52,431 nt of DNA from Thermoplasmatota archaeon (GCA_965234725.1 CBDDUX010000035.1:2357-54787); one strand, 5' to 3'. Counted from the first letter of the stretch, positions 39,001 to 48,655 are shown. Numbers and translations are program-made. The notes: a model not told the origin generated them from the letters alone.

Positions 39001-40573
39001 GATAGATGAAGGACCATTCTCACTGAGACCGTTCGAAAGCCGTCTCATCAATATTACCGTTTCACCCTCGATGCTGGACAGGCCGTTGTTTCATGAGGAG
39101 ATAGCTGTGGATGTTCAGGCCATCGCAGGGGATAATCTTACCTACATGAGGATCCAGACCATAACCGAGGTGGTGATGTCCAGAATAATTACCGAATCCC
39201 TTGACATCGATCTCGGGACCACAGGTAATGTTATGATCAGGATATGCAACATGCCGGATCCGGGGGTCACACCGATCCTGGACCTGCCGATGCAGAGGAC
39301 ATATCTGATCAACAGCACTCTGGAATCAGGCGGTTTCTCAAGAGGTTGGACCGTCCTACACCGGGATATTGAGATCACCCTCACTTCCGCATACCAGCTC
39401 CAGGATGTCCAGGTCCAGATCATGGCACCCCCCGATTTCGTCACTGGCTCGGAGTCCGCATTCATCAATATTGACGTCATAGGCGGACCGGAAAAGAGGG
39501 AGAGTCTGGATTCCTTCCTCAGAGCAGTTTATTTTGACATTGCGATCGATGTATCGGCGACTCGGTTCAGGAACCTCTTCGAAGGGGGAGAGGGCATAGC
39601 GGTCCTCACACTAACAGCAACCGGTAACAGAGGTCAGGGTTCGATTCCCGTAATAATCATGATGGATGGGAAGGAGCTCGGGAGGTTCGACGCAGGTCCC
39701 GCCTATCCTCAGGAGTACAACACCGGTCTTGCTGCAGGCGGGGGTAGCCAGCAGATACTGTATGAGTTCGGGTTCAACCTTCCGCGTCTTAAATGGTATG
39801 AGAAAGGGAAGGAGATGAAACTGGAGGTCATCCTGGATCCGGACAACGAAGTAGTGGAGAACTCTCCCCAGGGGAATTCTCTGTCAGAGGCAAACAACAT
39901 CATGGAAACGGAGTTCACCATCAAGAACTACGTTCCCCCTCTGGCGGTATGGGTCCTTGCACTTCTCCTGCTCCTGTTCATGATGATCGGAGGATTCATA
40001 GGATATTTCTTCCTCAACAAGAGGGAAAGCTGGTTCCTCTTACCCTTATCCGCAGGAGCTGCTGGAGGGTTCGGAATGATGTTCTTCGTACCACTGGAGG
40101 ATGCACTGAACATCGGTATTGCCAACGGGATCGGATTGGCAATAATCCTGATAGACCTTCTATTCATAATGCCAGTAATGATCTACTTCTTCACTAGGGT
40201 AGGGGATGCCCACATTCTATACCTGATCAATGAGAGGAGGGGAGATGAGCCCATTGTCGGAATGGAATCGACCAGGTCCGTATGGAAACCGCTGACCATC
40301 TCCCTTGCCGGAGGATTCCTCATGGTTGCGATCCCGATGTTGTTCTGGGTCATACCCTCGGAGATGGATGGGGGCCTCTCAACGATCCTGGAAGTATTGA
40401 CGAACCTGGATAGCGGGATCCCCGTGATCATACTGATACTACTTGTCCCTCTTGTCTCAATTGGTCTTCAGGTAGCCCTCCTGATGACCAAGAAGAGGGC
40501 CTTCGGCAAGATCAGGAGGTCCTGGGACACATTGAGCAGACTCAAGAGCGAGATAGAGGAGGGATTCCAGTGA
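36014..40573 (+). CDS. Very large surface protein with tandem COG1470/NEW3-like Ig domains, CARDB-like domains and a C-terminal multi-pass membrane domain
   Basis: Signal peptide, then repeated PG....F.I.N.GNG.D...... modules and VILDPDNEVVE......E.NN (CARDB-like). About 5 hydrophobic helices near the C-terminus. Confidence 0.82.
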   Translation: MKCRRYAGKARSFLLLTMILVQVLAAIPLGTGGGPTRGPGTDIQVRGITSHSNGEIVGFLQQVFEADVANSGSDPYQGNVTVTLAIMFPGNETENMTEVHKQTVDLGRTLEEVGNETTVEFSPWLPSAEGYYRIRVSSNAFDDNPENDTVQIMIRVLLSHIEGVKVSFAPGSPSNQKIKRGDNTTMYGYEPFVFEVENTGIFNDTFNITIDSAWVMTPWDNMTRELAPGAHDLIVVNVEVPGDIDPLSFDVLVFTAISQRNESIRDSLSANISIPLKEDVEVTVASPDPQLGYPGGPPAEFVFRIRNTGDWATYYSLKVSSRPSSWRSEFKPTSMTTMETGNISRDNYIVVHARIWVPPLNYDTMDKDRTEEGQIGALILTATSPNNVTDSAEGTVDVGLVHTVQMEISPKKLVVNFTEESKNSPQFLNISVRVRSINNNRADPSAKMDVNLTTPEGPNGVRFKPIWQMGFDSNLSTMWSATPPVGKVKLRSGDWSVGQHIRIIVPPFPIQGTAVINIVAIPELIEGRDGLTISARKDAEVHVGGYLNYSIVPPRTEFFNDPEISENTDKNGNGVEDWREAYPGQVLLLPFNITNHGNGWDGYNTTGSPIPVQPSTLLPNDWKISFPARTVTLIPYRFDPNSPSHSTLVWVTVTIPDGAPIGESAIIKIGASSLIETDLRGGDPRYQWAEIEVFVIQGFAVDLEPEENRKSAEPGETLVYRLNVTNIGNGVDIIKFRIETQDLMGWNISFDVDEYNLTPREKRPVVVRITPSLDAVRDQELALKVRAQSQRSVIAFDEVWLNTTVNYRGGVEIQLLETPSLQWKYPGEVATYLVEVFNRGNGNDTIDLVIDPGNNAWEAEIAVGENRGMGASINLERGGSKKVRVNITLPSLSSVSNEEELFEKGIQASNKVSSILTANPKGYPSISSMINLTVGVLTEYGASLMLKPGDVIDKVVLVGEKVTYQFILENGGNGPDRIMALPSSPINSIRHLSWTQIDEGPFSLRPFESRLINITVSPSMLDRPLFHEEIAVDVQAIAGDNLTYMRIQTITEVVMSRIITESLDIDLGTTGNVMIRICNMPDPGVTPILDLPMQRTYLINSTLESGGFSRGWTVLHRDIEITLTSAYQLQDVQVQIMAPPDFVTGSESAFINIDVIGGPEKRESLDSFLRAVYFDIAIDVSATRFRNLFEGGEGIAVLTLTATGNRGQGSIPVIIMMDGKELGRFDAGPAYPQEYNTGLAAGGGSQQILYEFGFNLPRLKWYEKGKEMKLEVILDPDNEVVENSPQGNSLSEANNIMETEFTIKNYVPPLAVWVLALLLLLFMMIGGFIGYFFLNKRESWFLLPLSAGAAGGFGMMFFVPLEDALNIGIANGIGLAIILIDLLFIMPVMIYFFTRVGDAHILYLINERRGDEPIVGMESTRSVWKPLTISLAGGFLMVAIPMLFWVIPSEMDGGLSTILEVLTNLDSGIPVIILILLVPLVSIGLQVALLMTKKRAFGKIRRSWDTLSRLKSEIEEGFQ

Positions 40574-41709
40574 AACCGCTTGGACCGGACAACGCTCATG
40601 AGATGCTCCGCATGGCCGAACTGACCCTTGCAGGAGGCAACTTCCTCAAGGCCAACAAGATCAGGAAGGACGCCACAGGGCTCATGGATATGACCCTGGA
40701 CCTCCATCGTAAATTCCTGAAGAAAATGAAGAACTTCCTGTCAAAGATATCCGATATGGAGGACAGGGGATACGACATTTCAGAGGCCATGAGGGTCATG
40801 GACAAAGCAAAGGAAAGAGCGGTCAGGGCGGATTATGATAAGGCCATAAGAACATTGAATCTGGTAAATCCTGCCCTTGACAGGGCAACATACCTGCCAT
40901 TTCCCCTTTTCAACAAGACAGTGGATATCATCTCCACCATCTTCTATTCGTCTGGTAGGGTCTCCTATACTGTCAGGATAGAGAATCCTACCAATGAAAC
41001 CCTTGGAGAGATCATAATCAGACCCACCTTTCCGGAAGATGAGTTCCATGAAGTATCCGAGAAACCTTTTGGAGTTGTGGGTGCCAGGGAGTACAAGGAG
41101 TATACTTTCTATCTTACACCGAAGAAAGGTAAGGACTGGAACCTGGGAGTCGGAAGGGAGGTCCTGATGGAGGAAGGTGTGACAATGAGGACCAAGCTTT
41201 CATCCCAGCAGGGGAAAGCCAGGTACCTTATTATCATAGAGAACAACAGCGATCAAGTGATCAGGGACCTGGTGGTCTCACCACAGACCCCGGGCGGACT
41301 TTCGGTAGAACCCCCTCAGGGAGTGATCGAGGCTGTTCCCCCCTTCTCAACCGGTCAGGTCACCTTCGATCTCTTCCCCGATATCCTCGACAGAGGTGCC
41401 AGAGAGGAGATTAAGGAGAGGGCAGCGGAAAGAGTCGTTGTCATTGAAGAGGAGTCAGTTGTCCTGGATGAAGATAACGATTTCATGATCACAGAGACAG
41501 AAGAGGAAGATGACATCGAGGGTTTTGATGATGACGAGGAGCTCTCATTCGATGTTGACGATCTTTCGGAAGGGGAGGTTGAGGAAGGGCCGAATGATTT
41601 CACCCCCATCAAGGAGGAATACGATCTGATAGAGATGGCCCCCAACAAGTACCCCGAAGATGTTGAAAAAGCCATGAAAGGACCTGTAAAAAGGAGATTA
41701 AGATCATAA
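40570..41709 (+). CDS. Hypothetical cytoplasmic protein: helical N-terminus, two related beta-sandwich modules, acidic region
   Basis: 379-aa ORF with a GTGA overlap to the upstream gene. Internal duplication YTVRIENPTNETLGEIIIRP / YLIIIENNSDQVIRDLVVSP. Confidence 0.75.
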   Translation: MKPLGPDNAHEMLRMAELTLAGGNFLKANKIRKDATGLMDMTLDLHRKFLKKMKNFLSKISDMEDRGYDISEAMRVMDKAKERAVRADYDKAIRTLNLVNPALDRATYLPFPLFNKTVDIISTIFYSSGRVSYTVRIENPTNETLGEIIIRPTFPEDEFHEVSEKPFGVVGAREYKEYTFYLTPKKGKDWNLGVGREVLMEEGVTMRTKLSSQQGKARYLIIIENNSDQVIRDLVVSPQTPGGLSVEPPQGVIEAVPPFSTGQVTFDLFPDILDRGAREEIKERAAERVVVIEEESVVLDEDNDFMITETEEEDDIEGFDDDEELSFDVDDLSEGEVEEGPNDFTPIKEEYDLIEMAPNKYPEDVEKAMKGPVKRRLRS

Positions 41710-41728
41710 TAATGAATGAGGTGACGGC

Positions 41729-42364
41729 ATGAAAAGAAGAATACTGAAAAAGGAAGATGGAGCCATTGGTATAGGTACGATGATAGTTTTCATCGCACTG
41801 ATACTTGTGGCTGCCATAGCAGCAGCAGTTATAATCGGAACGGCAGAGGACCTTGAAGAGAGAAGCCAGGAAGCGGCAGGGGATGCAAAGGACGTCGTAA
41901 AACAGACACCGAGGATGATAAGGGCCGAGGGTCAGGTCAACGCCGCATCCCAGATCCAGGAACTGGAGATCTACATAAATTATGTCGGTTCCGAAGGAGT
42001 GGATATGAACAATGTGGTAATGCATGTCATAGCAACACAGAGAAATGGCCAAGGGGCAAAGGCCGATCTGGTAATGAATGAACTCCAGGTAGATACAGCT
42101 ACTGCAACTCAATTCGGGATCGTGGTAGTTGCAGATCCGTTGGACCATTTCGATGAGACAGATAATCCTCCGAGGTATGTAATGGGAGAGACGACACAGC
42201 TGAAACTGTTGGTCGATCTTTCACTCTGTGCTGTTACACTTCCCACGGCTTCTACCCTCAGGATCGAGCTCACTACCACCGATTCCGGTGGAAGGACCAC
42301 AGCTATCTGGGAAACCCCCAACGCTTTTCCCCAGCAGGGCGGATGGGTCATCCTGGTGGATTGA
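41729..42364 (+). CDS. arlB: Archaellin
   Basis: Class III signal peptide and conserved N-terminus (G)AIGIGTMIVFIALILVAAIAAAVII. GAGGTGA RBS. Confidence 0.95.
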   Translation: MKRRILKKEDGAIGIGTMIVFIALILVAAIAAAVIIGTAEDLEERSQEAAGDAKDVVKQTPRMIRAEGQVNAASQIQELEIYINYVGSEGVDMNNVVMHVIATQRNGQGAKADLVMNELQVDTATATQFGIVVVADPLDHFDETDNPPRYVMGETTQLKLLVDLSLCAVTLPTASTLRIELTTTDSGGRTTAIWETPNAFPQQGGWVILVD

Positions 42365-42381
42365 GGTCTGGAGGATACCTG

Positions 42382-43338
42382 ATGGCCAGGAACAAGGCCG
42401 GCAAGGAAAAGGCCAGGGTCATCCTTGCAGAGGATGATGACGAGGACCTGGACTTCTCTGAGATCAAAGGGGGCGAAGTGGAGAGATACGAGGTAAGGGT
42501 CGAACCGCCCATCATCAGCGGAAGGAAGGCAAAGGTTGTGAGATCCCCTGAGGAACAGGCGGTCATAGTGGAAGGTGGAGGCAACCAATCCATGGGTTCA
42601 ACTGGAGGAAAGGGAGGTGGTCCCCGTATGCAGATGCAGGCAGGGGGCAGTTCCCAGCAGATCTACAAGATCGAGGACGACCTCAGAAAGACCAGGGATA
42701 TTGTGGAGGACCTGCGCCACACGGTAGATGTCATGGAGGTCGACTTCAAGGACCTGAAGGCAGAGATGGACAGGATATCCTACCTTCTCAGAAGCCTGGA
42801 GGGACTGAAGAACACCATGAAGGATATCGAATCCACCGTAAGCGAGCTTTCGGGTCTTTACGATATGATCTCCGCCAACGTCAACCCCTTCATCGATATA
42901 GAGCCGTTCAGGCCCTCCAACGGGAACGGACTGAACCATGACAGGATCATCGATCAAAGAGGAGTCGTCCATGAGGGTAGAGGGAGCGGGGAGACAACTT
43001 TCTCCGAGCTTTCCGAGATATTCACCGATGATGATGGGGAAGATGAGACCAAGGAAAAGGCCTCTGCTTATCCATCTGACCTCAGGTCCGAGGAATGGGC
43101 CCTCAGATGGACACAATTCCTGATAGACAAGGTCGGCAAAGAGGGTCTGGAGATGACCCTTGATTACTACAAGGACCTTGGTTGGATCGACGAGGGAATA
43201 ATCGATAAGGTCATGGACATCTCAAGAGGAACGGTCGGACCCCCCAGAAAAAGAGAAGAGGGAAAGGTCCGCTGGAGAATGAACGCTGAAGACCACGTCA
43301 AGACGCTGGAATTCATCAGGAACATCAGGGGGAAATGA
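42382..43338 (+). CDS. arlCE: Fused archaellum accessory protein ArlC/D/E
   Basis: Coiled coil ending LYDMISANVNPF (ArlC-type) and C-terminal W..FL..KVG...L...LDYY..LGWI...M.AEDH.KTL.FI (ArlD/E-type). Start after GGAGG. Confidence 0.85.
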   Translation: MARNKAGKEKARVILAEDDDEDLDFSEIKGGEVERYEVRVEPPIISGRKAKVVRSPEEQAVIVEGGGNQSMGSTGGKGGGPRMQMQAGGSSQQIYKIEDDLRKTRDIVEDLRHTVDVMEVDFKDLKAEMDRISYLLRSLEGLKNTMKDIESTVSELSGLYDMISANVNPFIDIEPFRPSNGNGLNHDRIIDQRGVVHEGRGSGETTFSELSEIFTDDDGEDETKEKASAYPSDLRSEEWALRWTQFLIDKVGKEGLEMTLDYYKDLGWIDEGIIDKVMDISRGTVGPPRKREEGKVRWRMNAEDHVKTLEFIRNIRGK

Positions 43339-43355
43339 GCGGAGGTTGAACCTGG

Positions 43356-43784
43356 ATGTCTGGTACAGGGACCGCAGCGGCGGCGGCAATAATCCTGATC
43401 GGAGTCGTTATCGGCCTTATCCTCGCCGAGCCGTCACTCGAGGAGGCGATGGACGACCTTAAGGAAACGAGAAAGGAGAGTTCCGAAAAGTCGCTGGACC
43501 TGGCAAATACCCGTATAAAGATGACATCCGTAATATTCAACAACACCACTGGTCAACTGGCCATTACCCTGGAGAATACCGGATCAACGGTCCTTGAGAT
43601 CGGGCACCTGGACCTGCTCCTGAACGGAACATGGGCCGCTCCTGATTACGGAAATGAAAATTACATATACCCCTCCAGCCAGGTGGTTGCAACATTAACA
43701 AGCGTTACCGATCCATTATCGGTAAAGGTGGTCACAAGGTATGGAGTATCGGACCAGACGACAGATATCCGGATAGAGACATGA
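43356..43784 (+). CDS. arlF: Archaellum stator protein ArlF
   Basis: N-terminal TM, L.ITLENTGS..L, LLLNG, YIYP and VKVVT.YG motifs, plus operon position. Confidence 0.85.
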   Translation: MSGTGTAAAAAIILIGVVIGLILAEPSLEEAMDDLKETRKESSEKSLDLANTRIKMTSVIFNNTTGQLAITLENTGSTVLEIGHLDLLLNGTWAAPDYGNENYIYPSSQVVATLTSVTDPLSVKVVTRYGVSDQTTDIRIET

Positions 43785-43794
43785 GGTAAATGAA

Positions 43795-44286
43795 ATGGCA
43801 GGAAGCGCTGTATCGGAACTGATATTCTTCATCGCGGCGGTGATGATCTCATCAGCCGTGGCTGTCACTTTAATTGAGGTGATTGATGATTATTCCACCA
43901 ACCTCAAGGACGAGGCATCGGTCCTTCGGGGGGAGATGATATCCGACATGGTGCTGGTCAACGATGTTCAGCGGGTCCCCTACGATGCAGCCAATGGAAA
44001 CATAACATTCTACCTGAAGAATACGGGAACCGGCGATCTCTCAACGGATGATCTGGTGTTATCTGCCAACAGGACCATTGGGACCGGAAGCAACCTGACA
44101 GTAAATCTGCTTGGGGGAGGTTCGAGATGGTCCCCTGGAAAGACCATACAGGCGAATCTCATTGTCAAGGACCTTGGGAAGGATATCGATCATTTCGGAT
44201 GGGCCACAACCTCTGGATTGACATCCGAGGGAAAAAGGAGGGGGAGCACGGACATCTCCTTCGTATTCAGGATCGAGGAGGCATGA
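43795..44286 (+). CDS. arlG: Archaellum stator protein ArlG
   Basis: MAGSAVSELIFFIAAVMIS, ITFYLKNTG and W.PG motifs. Confidence 0.9.
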   Translation: MAGSAVSELIFFIAAVMISSAVAVTLIEVIDDYSTNLKDEASVLRGEMISDMVLVNDVQRVPYDAANGNITFYLKNTGTGDLSTDDLVLSANRTIGTGSNLTVNLLGGGSRWSPGKTIQANLIVKDLGKDIDHFGWATTSGLTSEGKRRGSTDISFVFRIEEA

Positions 44287-44289
44287 TAA

Positions 44290-45000
44290 TTGCCAACCAA
44301 CAACAGATCCAATATCCTGAGGTTCGATTTCGAAAGGGACGGCCTGCACAGGCACCTGGGTGGTGGGATCCCAAAAGGAGCACTCGTTGTGATCTCCGGT
44401 TCGGTGGGAAGCGGGAAATCTGCCATCATAGAGAGGCTTGTATACGGCTTCATGCTCCATCACCACAGTGCCAATATCATCTCCACTGAGTTGACCACCA
44501 AAGGCTTCATGGACCAGATGGATTCACTGGACTATCCCATCAAGAGGAACCTGATGGAGGGGACCCTTGGATTCGTTCCGGTCTTCCCCTTGATCGGAAA
44601 AGCAAGGAAGAGAACTGATTTCCTCTCAAGATTGATGTCCACCCCCGGTCTATATGATCATGAGGTGATAATCGTTGATACGTTCTCTGCTCTTGTAAGG
44701 AACGATCTGGATGAGAGCAACGCTTTGCAGACGATCTCGTTCTTCAAGAAGATAACCGGAAGGAACAGATCCGTGATCCTTACCATTGACCCATCCGATA
44801 TATCACAATCCATAATGGCTCCCTTCAGGTCCGTAGCAGACATCCTGATAGAACTAAAAACTGAGGTGATTGAGGGGGCCATGGAGCATATACTCTACGT
44901 TACAAGATATTCACAGGCACAGGGACCGGTAAGTACCGCTGTGGGATTCAGGATAGAACCCAGAGCAGGATTCATCGTGGACATTACCACCGTTGCATGA
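44290..45000 (+). CDS. arlH: Archaellum KaiC/RecA-like ATP-binding protein ArlH
   Basis: LGGGIPKG, GSVGSGKS, ISTELT...F..QM.SL.Y, IIVDTFS and FRIEP..G. Confidence 0.93.
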   Translation: MPTNNRSNILRFDFERDGLHRHLGGGIPKGALVVISGSVGSGKSAIIERLVYGFMLHHHSANIISTELTTKGFMDQMDSLDYPIKRNLMEGTLGFVPVFPLIGKARKRTDFLSRLMSTPGLYDHEVIIVDTFSALVRNDLDESNALQTISFFKKITGRNRSVILTIDPSDISQSIMAPFRSVADILIELKTEVIEGAMEHILYVTRYSQAQGPVSTAVGFRIEPRAGFIVDITTVA

Positions 45001-45011
45001 GGTGAAATGAT

Positions 45012-46634
45012 ATGGACCTTGAATCGGCAATGGAGAAGAACCCGCATCTCAGGTCCTATATCGAGAAGTTGTTAAAAAGTGGGACCAGTCCTTCATTTGA
45101 GGAACGGCTGACAGAGGCCATGTCCACACTGAAAAGGGCCAATATCATCTACCCTGTGGGGGATCCTATCTTCATCCATATCTATGAAAGACCTGACGGA
45201 GGACGATCCTACGATGCAGTGGAACCCGTATTGACAGAAGAGCAAATGGATAGAATGGAAATACTCAGGGACCAGCTCCTCGAGCTGGCCCCCACACACA
45301 AGATTGATGATGAAAAGGATACGAATATGGAAGATCGGATCGAGGAACTTTTCGAGAAGGTCACCTACTCCAAAGGGTCCAAACAGAACCTGTTTGACAA
45401 GATCAGAGGTAGATCGATCCCCATAGAACCGTCCGAGAAGAAGATCATGCTCTATATGCTGAAAAGGGACCTTGCACGGGGCGGTCTCATTGAGCCTCTT
45501 CTAAGGGATCCTTATCTGGAAGATATCCATGCGGTGGGCCTGAGGAACATCTCGGTTGTGCACAAGGTCTTCGGAATGCTCAGGACCAATCTGAAGTTCA
45601 GGTCCGAACGGGAACTCGACCTGTTCATCAGGTCAACCTCGGAGAGAATGGGAAGACCGGTTACCGATGCCAGACCCATTGTGGACGGAGCGCTTCCCGA
45701 TGGGTCAAGGATGAACATCATCTACTCGGAGGATGTTTCCAAGGGGGGTCCTTCGTTCACCATAAGGAAATTCTTCGAGAAGCCTCCCACAATGCCTCAG
45801 CTTGTCCAATGGGGCACTTTCTCGGCCAAGATGGCCGCCTACCTCTGGCTCTGCCTAGAATATGGAATGTCCGGATTCGTATCCGGAGAGACAGCATCGG
45901 GGAAGACAACCACCCTGAACGCAATGCTGTCTTTCATCAATTTCAGGAAGAAGATATACTCAGCAGAGGACACACCCGAGGTGGTTGTTCCGCACGAGGT
46001 CTGGCAGAGACTGATCACCAGGGAGACGGTCTTTGACGAGGCAAAGGTCGAGCTGTTCGATCTGGTCAAGACAGCTCTGAGATCAAGACCTGATTACATC
46101 ATTGTGGGAGAAGTGAGAGGAAAGGAAGGATCCGCTGCCTTCCAGGCAATGCAGACGGGACATGCAGTGATCTCAACTTTCCATGCCTCTTCCATTGCAA
46201 AGATGATCCAGAGGTTCACTGGAGATCCCATTAACGTTCCCATCAGGTTCATAGACAACATGAACCTGGCCCTCTTCCAGGAGATCATCTATCACGAGGG
46301 CAGGATATTACGAAGATGCTCTGCCATCGAGGAGATCATCAAATACTCCAAGGAGAAGGGAGGGGTCCTGACAAGGACGATCTTCGAATGGGATCCCATC
46401 AGGGACAGGCACTATTTCACAGGCATGTACAATTCCTACATCCTGGAGCACAAGATAGCTCCCAAGATGGGATTGGAGTTCTCCAAGGATATCTACACGG
46501 AACTCGACAAGAGGGAGAGGGTCATCCGCTCCATGGTGGAAAGCAATATCCTGGGTTACGATCAGGTGAACGAGGTATTCAGGCTTTATTCCGAGGGAGG
46601 CTGGGAAGCCATTCCCAAGGAGCTCAGGGGTTGA
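45012..46634 (+). CDS. arlI: Archaellum motor/assembly ATPase ArlI
   Basis: NIIYPVGDPIFIHI, DPYLEDI, GETASGKTT, AEDTPE, RSRPDYIIVGEVRG and GH...STFHA. Confidence 0.95.
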   Translation: MDLESAMEKNPHLRSYIEKLLKSGTSPSFEERLTEAMSTLKRANIIYPVGDPIFIHIYERPDGGRSYDAVEPVLTEEQMDRMEILRDQLLELAPTHKIDDEKDTNMEDRIEELFEKVTYSKGSKQNLFDKIRGRSIPIEPSEKKIMLYMLKRDLARGGLIEPLLRDPYLEDIHAVGLRNISVVHKVFGMLRTNLKFRSERELDLFIRSTSERMGRPVTDARPIVDGALPDGSRMNIIYSEDVSKGGPSFTIRKFFEKPPTMPQLVQWGTFSAKMAAYLWLCLEYGMSGFVSGETASGKTTTLNAMLSFINFRKKIYSAEDTPEVVVPHEVWQRLITRETVFDEAKVELFDLVKTALRSRPDYIIVGEVRGKEGSAAFQAMQTGHAVISTFHASSIAKMIQRFTGDPINVPIRFIDNMNLALFQEIIYHEGRILRRCSAIEEIIKYSKEKGGVLTRTIFEWDPIRDRHYFTGMYNSYILEHKIAPKMGLEFSKDIYTELDKRERVIRSMVESNILGYDQVNEVFRLYSEGGWEAIPKELRG

Positions 46635-46638
46635 GATA

Positions 46639-48321
46639 TTGAAAGGTGGACTGGTCCTTGCCTACAGGGACCTTGGAATAGATCCAAAGGTCTGGACCCT
46701 GAAGAGGGTCATTCCAGCCGGTATGGTATCGGTTATACTGGCTATTATCCTCGTGATACTATTTCCATCCATATTCATGTCGGGATACGGTCTGTTACTG
46801 CTTTTCATTGTCGTGATCTTCCTTGTAATGACAGCAGTCCTTTGGCCCTACCTAATGAGAGAGAGGAAGAGGCAGGAAATGGATGATGAACTGCACCTGT
46901 TCATTGTCAGAGTGGCCGTCCTTTCACTCTCATCATCCACAAGAGCGTCCATATTCGAAATAGCCTCCAAGGAAAAGACCAACAAGCACATCCTGAACGA
47001 GATCATAAAGGTCAGGTCCCTTGCCAAAGAATGGAACATCTCGCTCCCCAGGGCACTGAGGATCGTTGCCAAACAGACACCCTCGTCGAGGTTCGGGGAT
47101 TTCATAGAGAGGATGGCATATGCTATCGAAAGTGATGAGGACCCCAAAGTATTCTTCCAGAACGAACAGGAAGCGGTGATGGAGGAATTCAAATCGAGGT
47201 ACACAACGACACTTGACCGGGTCGATGTTGTCAGAGAGGTCTATATCTCCATGGTAACGGTCACCATGTTCCTCAACGTCATGCTCGTCGTCCTGTCCAT
47301 GCTGGTGGGTATCAACCACTACCTCATGAGCTTCCTGATAATATTCATCTTCATTGTGGTGGAGATGGTTCTGTGGATCGCCGTGAACAGTGTTCTTCCA
47401 AGAGAGCATATCTGGTACGATCCACCCCCCAAACCCCTTGATTCCAGATTCCACAGGAGCCTTAGACTTTCACTGATAATGGGTATCTCTTTGACGGTCC
47501 TTACCGCAATCGTCCTGCTTCTCTTTCCCCTCAACTGGACCACCTTGATCCTCTACCTGGCTGCCGTGTCCACACCCCTGATAATACCGGGCTTTGTAGT
47601 TGCCAGAGAGGAGGGCACGATCATCAGAAGGGATGATGCCTTCGGAGCTTTCATTCGAACCATAGGATCCACCTCTGAATCAAAGGGAGGAGCTCCCAGT
47701 ATGGGATTGAAAAGGATCAGATGGCATGATTTCGGGGCCCTTACGGACCAGGTGAGGAACCTATACGACAGGTTGAAGATGAGGATCGATTCGGAGAAGG
47801 CCTGGAGGTTGTTCGTCAAGGAGACCAGGTCCGAACTTATCTCACAGTTCCTCAATACTTATCAGGAAGGAATAGCCGCAGGGGGAAGCCCCAAGGAGGT
47901 CTCCAGCCTGATCTCGGGTCATTTCACGACACTCTCATCCCTGAGAAAGAGAAGGTACCTCATGGCTGACAACTTTGGTGCCATTTTGTATGGTCTCACG
48001 ATCTTCATCTCCGGAGGAATGTTCATGATCTACCGGGTGGTCCTGGAGATGCTGGACAGGTTGGGTGGACTTGATACGGCTTCAGAGAACATTGAGAGCT
48101 TCCAGCCACTTGTCCTCCTTAAGGATGTTTCAGGTCTCGAGGTCGTGATGCTGATCGCAATAGTCCTCGTTATCATTCTCCACGTTGGTTTCTCTGCCGA
48201 TGCTCTCAGGAGATTCAGAGGAGGTCACATACTAACCCTGTTGCTGCATTTCCCTCTGCTCCTCTGGACAGCTGCGATATCCGGTTTCCTGGCCCAGTAT
48301 GCAGTAGAGACCATTCTATGA
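46639..48321 (+). CDS. arlJ: Archaellum membrane platform protein ArlJ
   Basis: Two T2SS-F-like domains in a multi-TM protein, with RRDDAFGAFIRTIG and DFGALT motifs. Last gene of the arl cluster. Confidence 0.93.
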   Translation: MKGGLVLAYRDLGIDPKVWTLKRVIPAGMVSVILAIILVILFPSIFMSGYGLLLLFIVVIFLVMTAVLWPYLMRERKRQEMDDELHLFIVRVAVLSLSSSTRASIFEIASKEKTNKHILNEIIKVRSLAKEWNISLPRALRIVAKQTPSSRFGDFIERMAYAIESDEDPKVFFQNEQEAVMEEFKSRYTTTLDRVDVVREVYISMVTVTMFLNVMLVVLSMLVGINHYLMSFLIIFIFIVVEMVLWIAVNSVLPREHIWYDPPPKPLDSRFHRSLRLSLIMGISLTVLTAIVLLLFPLNWTTLILYLAAVSTPLIIPGFVVAREEGTIIRRDDAFGAFIRTIGSTSESKGGAPSMGLKRIRWHDFGALTDQVRNLYDRLKMRIDSEKAWRLFVKETRSELISQFLNTYQEGIAAGGSPKEVSSLISGHFTTLSSLRKRRYLMADNFGAILYGLTIFISGGMFMIYRVVLEMLDRLGGLDTASENIESFQPLVLLKDVSGLEVVMLIAIVLVIILHVGFSADALRRFRGGHILTLLLHFPLLLWTAAISGFLAQYAVETIL

Positions 48322-48655
48322 TATTTGTTCAACCTTTGCCCCATAAGTTATTTATCGGTGATAGACAAACTCTCTCTTGTTAGTGGATGTTAGATCTGCA
48401 ACATTTAACAATGTTCAGCGAATGCACTATTTTCTTTATATAATATGATCTCTTAGTATGAGTTTATAAAACAATAAGACCGAATTTTCCTACTTATACA
48501 GGAAAATGTGGCTTTTCCATAATATTATTTAAGCTTATTGTACACATGTGCAATAATATCAAAATATTATAGTATTTTGTTTCATTTTTGCACTATTATC
48601 TTTAAATATCTACTGCATCGATTGTCCTTCACAATAAAAATGGAGGCGACGAAAA

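Noticed and set aside
41729-41775. Acidic residues (EDG) before the archaellin cleavage site as a sign of a non-processed pilin
   Set aside because: Class III signal peptides tolerate D/E at -2, and the rest of the N-terminus is canonical.
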